Positions 57,890 through 64,000 of a stretch of 64,000 bases of DNA are shown piece after piece. The position numbers were made by a program, and so were the translations under genes. The stretch is from NCBI GenBank assembly GCA_964016885.1, contig OZ024760.1:21762001-21826000 (forward strand), given 5' to 3'. A model generated the notes under the pieces. That model was given only the letters and a program-made list of their open reading frames with translations, was not told the origin of the DNA and ran no database searches. Origin of the DNA: Eledone cirrhosa. Its lineage: Eukaryota. Position 1 is the stretch's first letter; the number at the start of each line of letters is the position of its first letter.

Positions 57890-57891
<2 letters not shown>
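57565..57891 (-). mobile_element. SINE family 2, full length
   Basis: As 34021-34360. Confidence 0.9.
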
Positions 57892-57953
<62 letters not shown>

Positions 57954-58038
57954 AAAAATTGAACAGGGACAGAACAGAGAGGCAGTACGACAAATGTTTA
58001 TTAGATTCACGCTCAGGAGAGTGGGGGGTAGGTGGAGG

Positions 58039-58070
58039 ACGACGTTTCGGGCATAAGCCCTTCTTCAGGT
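58039..58070 (-). ncRNA. Minimal Penelope-type hammerhead motif
   Basis: Reverse strand ac CTGAAGA a gggc ttat gccc GAAAC GTC gt. Confidence 0.7.
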
Positions 58071-58902
58071 AAGAGTTCAAAAGGTGTGTAGGGGAGTGGT
58101 GGAGAGACATATAGCGAAAGGAAAGGGTGCGATTGAAAAATTAACAAATAAAGACAAAAATATAATAAATAATAAATAAAAATAAAGCATGATCAAAATA
58201 CAAGGAATGAGAACATTTAAAAATAAAGGCATGATCAAAATAAACTGAAATTAAAAGGGGGGTAAACAGGTGGTGGAAGGGTGTGGGGTGAGTAGAGGTG
58301 GAGGCGGGTGGAGTGGGGAGAGGGAGACGGGGTGTCCGAGCGAGGAGGGCTGAAGGTGGTGTGTGTGGTTAGGTGTGCGTGTGTGTGTGTGTGTGTGTAT
58401 GTGAAAGTGAGGGTTGGGGGAAGAACGGGGTTGCATGTTCAGGAAGGTGTGTGTGGGGGGTGTTTTTGTGTGTCGGAGGGTTTGTGCGTGTGTGGATAGG
58501 GGGTGGGGGGAGAGGAATCAGGGGGCTGAGGGTGTAAATATGTGGTGGGAAGCACGTGTGTGTGGTTTAAGCGTGTTGTGGGTGTGGGTGGCGTGTGGAT
58601 AAAAAAATTTGTTTTGGGATGTGTGTGTGGGTGAGTTATATAGGTGGTGGTGTAAGACGATGGTTGAAAGTGGTAAGTTACACGGATGTATGGAGATTTT
58701 GGTTGGAAGTCAAAACGCGTGTGGGTAATCCAAGAAGCGGTGGTCGGAAGAGGAGAGATGTGGGGTGCGCGCGCAACAGGAAGTGGTCAGCAGTGGGAGT
58801 GCTGTGGTCAGTGGGTGCTGAGACAGTGGTCGGAAAGGCATAGCAGCAGTCAGCGGAATGGTAGGGAGGCGAGGATGGGTAGGTGTGAGAGTTGGAGTGA
58901 GG

Positions 58903-58937
<35 letters not shown>

Positions 58938-59322
58938 TAGTAGGGGTGTTAGTGGGATGAGTGAGTGTGGAGTGGGGAGAGAAGGGTGTGGGTGGTTCTA
59001 TGGAGGGAGTGTGGTGTACTGGTGTGTGTGTAGTTTGGTGAGGAGGTGTTAGTGGGTGTCAGTAGACGGGAGGTGGGGAGGGGTGGAATGCAGGTGTGAG
59101 TGGGGGTTAGTGGGGGTAGGGTGTGTAGAGTTGGTGGTGTACGAGGGTGTGTGGGTACGTGTGCGTGTGGTTGGAGGGTGTTAGTGATGTTAGTTGCGTG
59201 TGGGGTGGGTGGTGTAAGTGTGTGCGTGTGATATATTTATCCCGGGTTCAATTGGGGGTAACCACAGTAATTTCTCCCGAATGAAACAGATCTAGTCCTG
59301 TAGAAGGCATTTCTATATTAAA

Positions 59323-59395
<73 letters not shown>

Positions 59396-60114
59396 TTATA
59401 CAAAGATACTTTTGCTTTAATCTCAATATCTGTGCTATTGTTTTGATATTAAATTACTCCAGTGTTTTTACAATGGAGTTTTTGACAAGCATTTCACTGT
59501 AGATTTGTTAGTTTGTTATGACTGGCCTACTGTCTTCCTGTCACTCTCCCCTCTCTCTCTCCCTCTCTCTCATATTTATATATATATATATGTACATATG
59601 CATGTTTATATATATGTATATATATATATATATATAAGCATATATATATATATTTGCATGTATATGTATACATTTTTTCATACATATATATATATATACA
59701 TGTCTGTATATATCATCATCATATATATATATATATGCATGTATGTATATATGTGTGTGTATATATATATATGCATGTATATATATGTGTGTGTATATAT
59801 ATATATATACAGACATGTACAAGCATGTGTGTTAAGTTTTTATAAAGAATATGTATTGAGTAATATATGACATATGTACTTCATGTATGTGTGTTGTGTG
59901 TGTGTATGTATGTATGTGTATATGTATGTGAGTGTGTGTGTGTATATGTATGTGAGTGTGTATGTGTGTATGTATGTGTGTATATGTATGTGAGTGTGTA
60001 TATGTATGTATTTCTGTGTGTATGTGTGTGCGTGTGTGTGTGTGTTTTCTCTACACATATATAACTGCCAAGATCTAAATACTTCCTTGTTATCCAGACA
60101 TATCTTTATACAGC

Positions 60115-60855
60115 ATCACCACCACCACCAACAACAACAACAACCACCAACAAATACACACCACCACCACCACTTTCAACAACAACACCAACAACACCAC
60201 ATTTAACAACAACAACAACACCAACACCACCACCACTTTCAACAACAACACCACCTCCACCTCTTTCAACAACAACACCAACAACACCACATTTAACAAC
60301 AACAACACCACCACCACCACCACCACCACCACCACCACTTTCAACAACACACCACCTCCACCTCTTTCAACAACAACACCAACAACACCACATTTAACAA
60401 CAACAACACCACCACCACCACCACTTTCAACAACACCACCACCACTTTCAACAGCAACACCAACAACCCCACCAACAACAACAACCCCACCAACAACACC
60501 ACTTTTAACAACAACAACACCACCACCACCAACATCAACACCACCAACCCCACCAACAACAACAACAACAACAACACCACCACCACCAACAACAACAACC
60601 CCACCAACAACACCACTTTTAACAACAACAACACCACCAGCAACAACACCAAAAACACCACTTTTAACAACAACAACACCACCACCACCACTTTCAACAA
60701 CACACCACCACCAACAACATCAACAACACCACCACCACTTTCAACAACAACCCCACCAACACCAACACCAACAACAACCCCACCAACAACACCACCACCA
60801 ACAACAACAACATCAACACCACCACCACTTTTAACAACAACAACAACAAACACCA
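60115..60855. repeat. CAA/CAC minisatellite
   Basis: Direct. Confidence 0.85.
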
Positions 60856-60926
60856 AATTCTTATCATGGAGTATATCTGCCAATTCATCACCAGATTAAT
60901 ATATTATAGAAACATGTATGATGATG

Positions 60927-60957
<31 letters not shown>

Positions 60958-60958
<1 letters not shown>

Positions 60959-61122
60959 GGAAAAAGTATGACCCCGACGGCAGAGCTCAAGCCGTCGAAA
61001 CGGCTTGAGCTCTGCCGTCGGGGTCATACTTTTTCCTTTTCCCACTCTACTACCCTAAGTATTGAGTACTTTGGTACGTTATGGTCCATCCATCTGGTTT
61101 CATCACCACAATTCCTTTGTTA
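60958..61122 (+). mobile_element. Hairpin-ended element, family Y
   Basis: Perfect 38-bp arms at 60958-61037 with a 4-nt loop (cgaa); TA flanks. Confidence 0.75.
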
Positions 61123-61165
61123 TATATATATATGTGTGTATATATATATATGTGTATATATATGG

Positions 61166-61203
<38 letters not shown>

Positions 61204-61770
61204 GTGTATATATATATATATATATGTGTATATATATGGGTGTATATATATATAAATATGGTTGTATGTATGTATATATATATATATATATATGGGTGTA
61301 TATATATATATATATATGGGTATATATATATATATGGGTGTATATATATATATGGGTATATATATATATATATGGGTGTATATATATATATATATATGGG
61401 TGTATATATATATGGGTATATATATATATATATATATGGGTGTATATATATATGGGTGTATATATGATATATATGTGTGTGTGTATATATGATATATATG
61501 TGTGTGTGTGTATGTTTATATACATACATAAATATATGTGTGTATAGCATGTGTGTGTGTGTATGTAAAACGTGTGTGGGGTGGATGTGCAAAATGTGTC
61601 TATGTGTGTGTATGTATGTGTGTGTGGTGTGTGAGGTGTGGATGTCACTACCACCACACCACCACCATCACCACACTAACACCTCCACACTACCACCACC
61701 ACAACACCTCCACACTACCACCACTACCACACTAACACCACAACACCTCCACCACACCACCACCACAACA

Positions 61771-62530
61771 CCACCACACTACTACCACCAGCACAGCACT
61801 ACTACAACACTACCCCCACAACACCACCACACTACCATCACAACACCACCACACTACTACCACCAGCACAGCACTACTACAACACTACCCCCACAACACC
61901 ACCACACTACCATCACAACACCACCACACTACTACCACCAGCACAGCCCTACTACAACACTACCCCCACAACACCACCACACTACCATCACAACACCACC
62001 ACACTACTACCACCAGCACAGCACTACTACAACACTACCCCCACAACACCACCACACTACCATCACAACACCACCACACTACTACCACCAGCACAGCACT
62101 ACTACAACACTACCCCCACAACACCACCACACCACCATCACAACACCACCACACTACTACCACCAGCACAGCACTACTACAACACTACCCCCACAACACC
62201 ACCACACCACCATCACAACACCACCACACTACTACCACCAGCACAGCACTACTACAACACTACCCCCACAACACCACCACACTACCATCACAACACCACC
62301 ACACTACTACCACCAGCACAGCACTACTACAACACTACCCCCACAACACCACCACACTACCATCACAACACCACCACACTACTACCACCAGCACAGCACT
62401 ACTACAACACTACCCCCACAACACCACCACACTACCATCACAACACCACCACACTACTACCACCAGCACAGCACTACTACAACACTACCCCCACAACACC
62501 ACCACACTACCATCACAACACCACCACAAT
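61771..62530. repeat. 75-bp minisatellite, ~10 copies
   Basis: Unit ccaccacactactaccaccagcacagcactactacaacactacccccacaacaccaccacactaccatcacaaca. Confidence 0.95.
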
Positions 62531-62869
62531 ACTACCACCTCTACACTACAACCCTACAGCACCACCACAACAACACCACCACAACACTCCCACCAAAACA
62601 CAATCTCTTACTTCCTCTCTCTCTTTACCTCTCTATTTTCCCCTTCCCTTCTCTCTCTCTCTCTCTTTCTCTCCCTCGTTCACTATCACACTATCTGCAT
62701 CTCTCTCTCTCTCCCACTACTCCTCCCTCTCCCCTCTCTACTATCACACTATACCCCCTCTCCCCACTACCACCCTATCTCCCCCCCCCCCTCCTCTGCT
62801 ATATAGCCAAGTCGTGTTTGCACAGCTCAGTGGAGTGGATCCAATATCAAATCAATAATGGACATTGCC

Positions 62870-64000
62870 ACTGGTGGTGGTGGTGGTGGTGGGGTGAGTC
62901 TGGGTTGGTAGTGGTGATGGTGGTGGTGGTGTTGGTAGTAGTGGTGGTGGTAGTGGTGTTGGTAGTGGTGGTGGTGACATTGGTAGTGGTAGTGGTGGTG
63001 GTGGTGGTGGTGGTATTGGTGGTGGTGTTGGTGGTGGTGTTAGTAGTGGTGGTGATGTTGGTGGTGGTGGTGGTATTGGTAGTGGTGGTGGTGTTGGTGT
63101 TGGTAGTGGTGGTGGTGGTGTTGGTAGTGGTGGTGGTATTGGTGGTGGTGGTATTGGTGGTGGTGATGGTGATGGTGGTGGTGGTATTGGTAGTGGTGGT
63201 GGTGGTGGTGGTGGGGTGAGTCTGGGTTGGTAGTGGTGATGGTGGTGGTGGTGGTGTTGGTAGTAGTGGTGGTGGTGGTAGTGGTGTTTGTAGTGGTGGT
63301 GGTGACATTGGTAGTGGTAGTGGTGGTGGTGGTGGTGGTGGTATTGGTGGTGGTGTTGGTAGTGGTGGTTTTGGTGGTGGTAGTGGTGGTGGTGTTAGTA
63401 GTGGTGGTGATGTTGGTGGTGGTGGTGGTATTGGTAGTGGTGGTGGTGTTGGTAGTGGTGGTGGTGGTGGTGGTGGTGGTGTTGGTAGTGGTGGTGGTAT
63501 TGGTTGGTGGTGGTGGTATTGGTGGTGGTGATGGTGGTGGTGGTGTTGGTAGTGGTGGTGGTGGTAGTGGTGTTGGTAGTGGTGGTGGTGACATTGGTAG
63601 TGGTAGTGGTGGTGGTGGTGGTGGTGGTAGTAGGGTGGTGGTGTTGGTAGTGGTGGTTTTGGTGGTGGTAGTGGTGGTGGTGTTAGTAGTGGTGGTGATG
63701 TTGGTGGTGGTGGTGGTATTGGTAGTGGTGGTGGTGTTGGTGTTGGTAGTGGTGGTGGTATTGGTTGGTATTGGTGGTGGTGGTGGTGGTGTTGGTAGTG
63801 GTGGTGGGGGTGTTGTTGGTGGTGGTGGTGGGGTGGTGTGGGTGTGGTGTGGGTGGTGGGGGCGTGTGGTGGCGGTGGTGGTGGTGGTGGTGTTGGTGGT
63901 GGTGGTGGTATTGGTAGTGGTGGTGGTGTTGGTGTTGGTAGTGGTGGTGGTGGTGGTGGTAGTGGTGGTGGTATTGGTTGGTGGTGGTGGTATTGGTGGT
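62870..64000. repeat. (GGT)n-rich low-complexity tract
   Basis: Direct. Confidence 0.9.

Noticed and set aside
61477-63219. 580-aa His/Thr/Pro repeat ORF
   Set aside because: A 75-bp CAC-derived minisatellite joined to other simple repeats; no coding evidence.

Overview
This is a repeat-saturated, AT-rich eukaryotic window, most likely intronic or intergenic DNA of a coleoid cephalopod (octopus-like). That assignment is inferred from the SINE/RTE/R4 repertoire and the very high (TA)n/(CA)n/(CAC)n load. No intact protein-coding gene is visible; nearly all ORFs in the track are microsatellite artefacts. Contents: two tRNA-derived SINE families, 5'-truncated RTE LINE ends, an R4/Dong-type RLE fragment carrying two nested insertions with TSDs, piggyBac-type TTAA MITEs (one inserted inside another), a 3.4-kb 28-bp satellite and many minisatellites. 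The most notable signal is about 10 type-I hammerhead ribozyme motifs (CUGANGA...GAAA...NUH) from several unrelated short element families, sitting in (TA)n tracts and often inside insertion-specific hairpins, consistent with Penelope-like or retrozyme-like elements. There is also a textbook AG|GTAAGT candidate recursive splice site on the minus strand and a candidate TALE-homeodomain (PBX/MEIS) enhancer. Coordinates were read by eye and boundaries may be off by a few bases.
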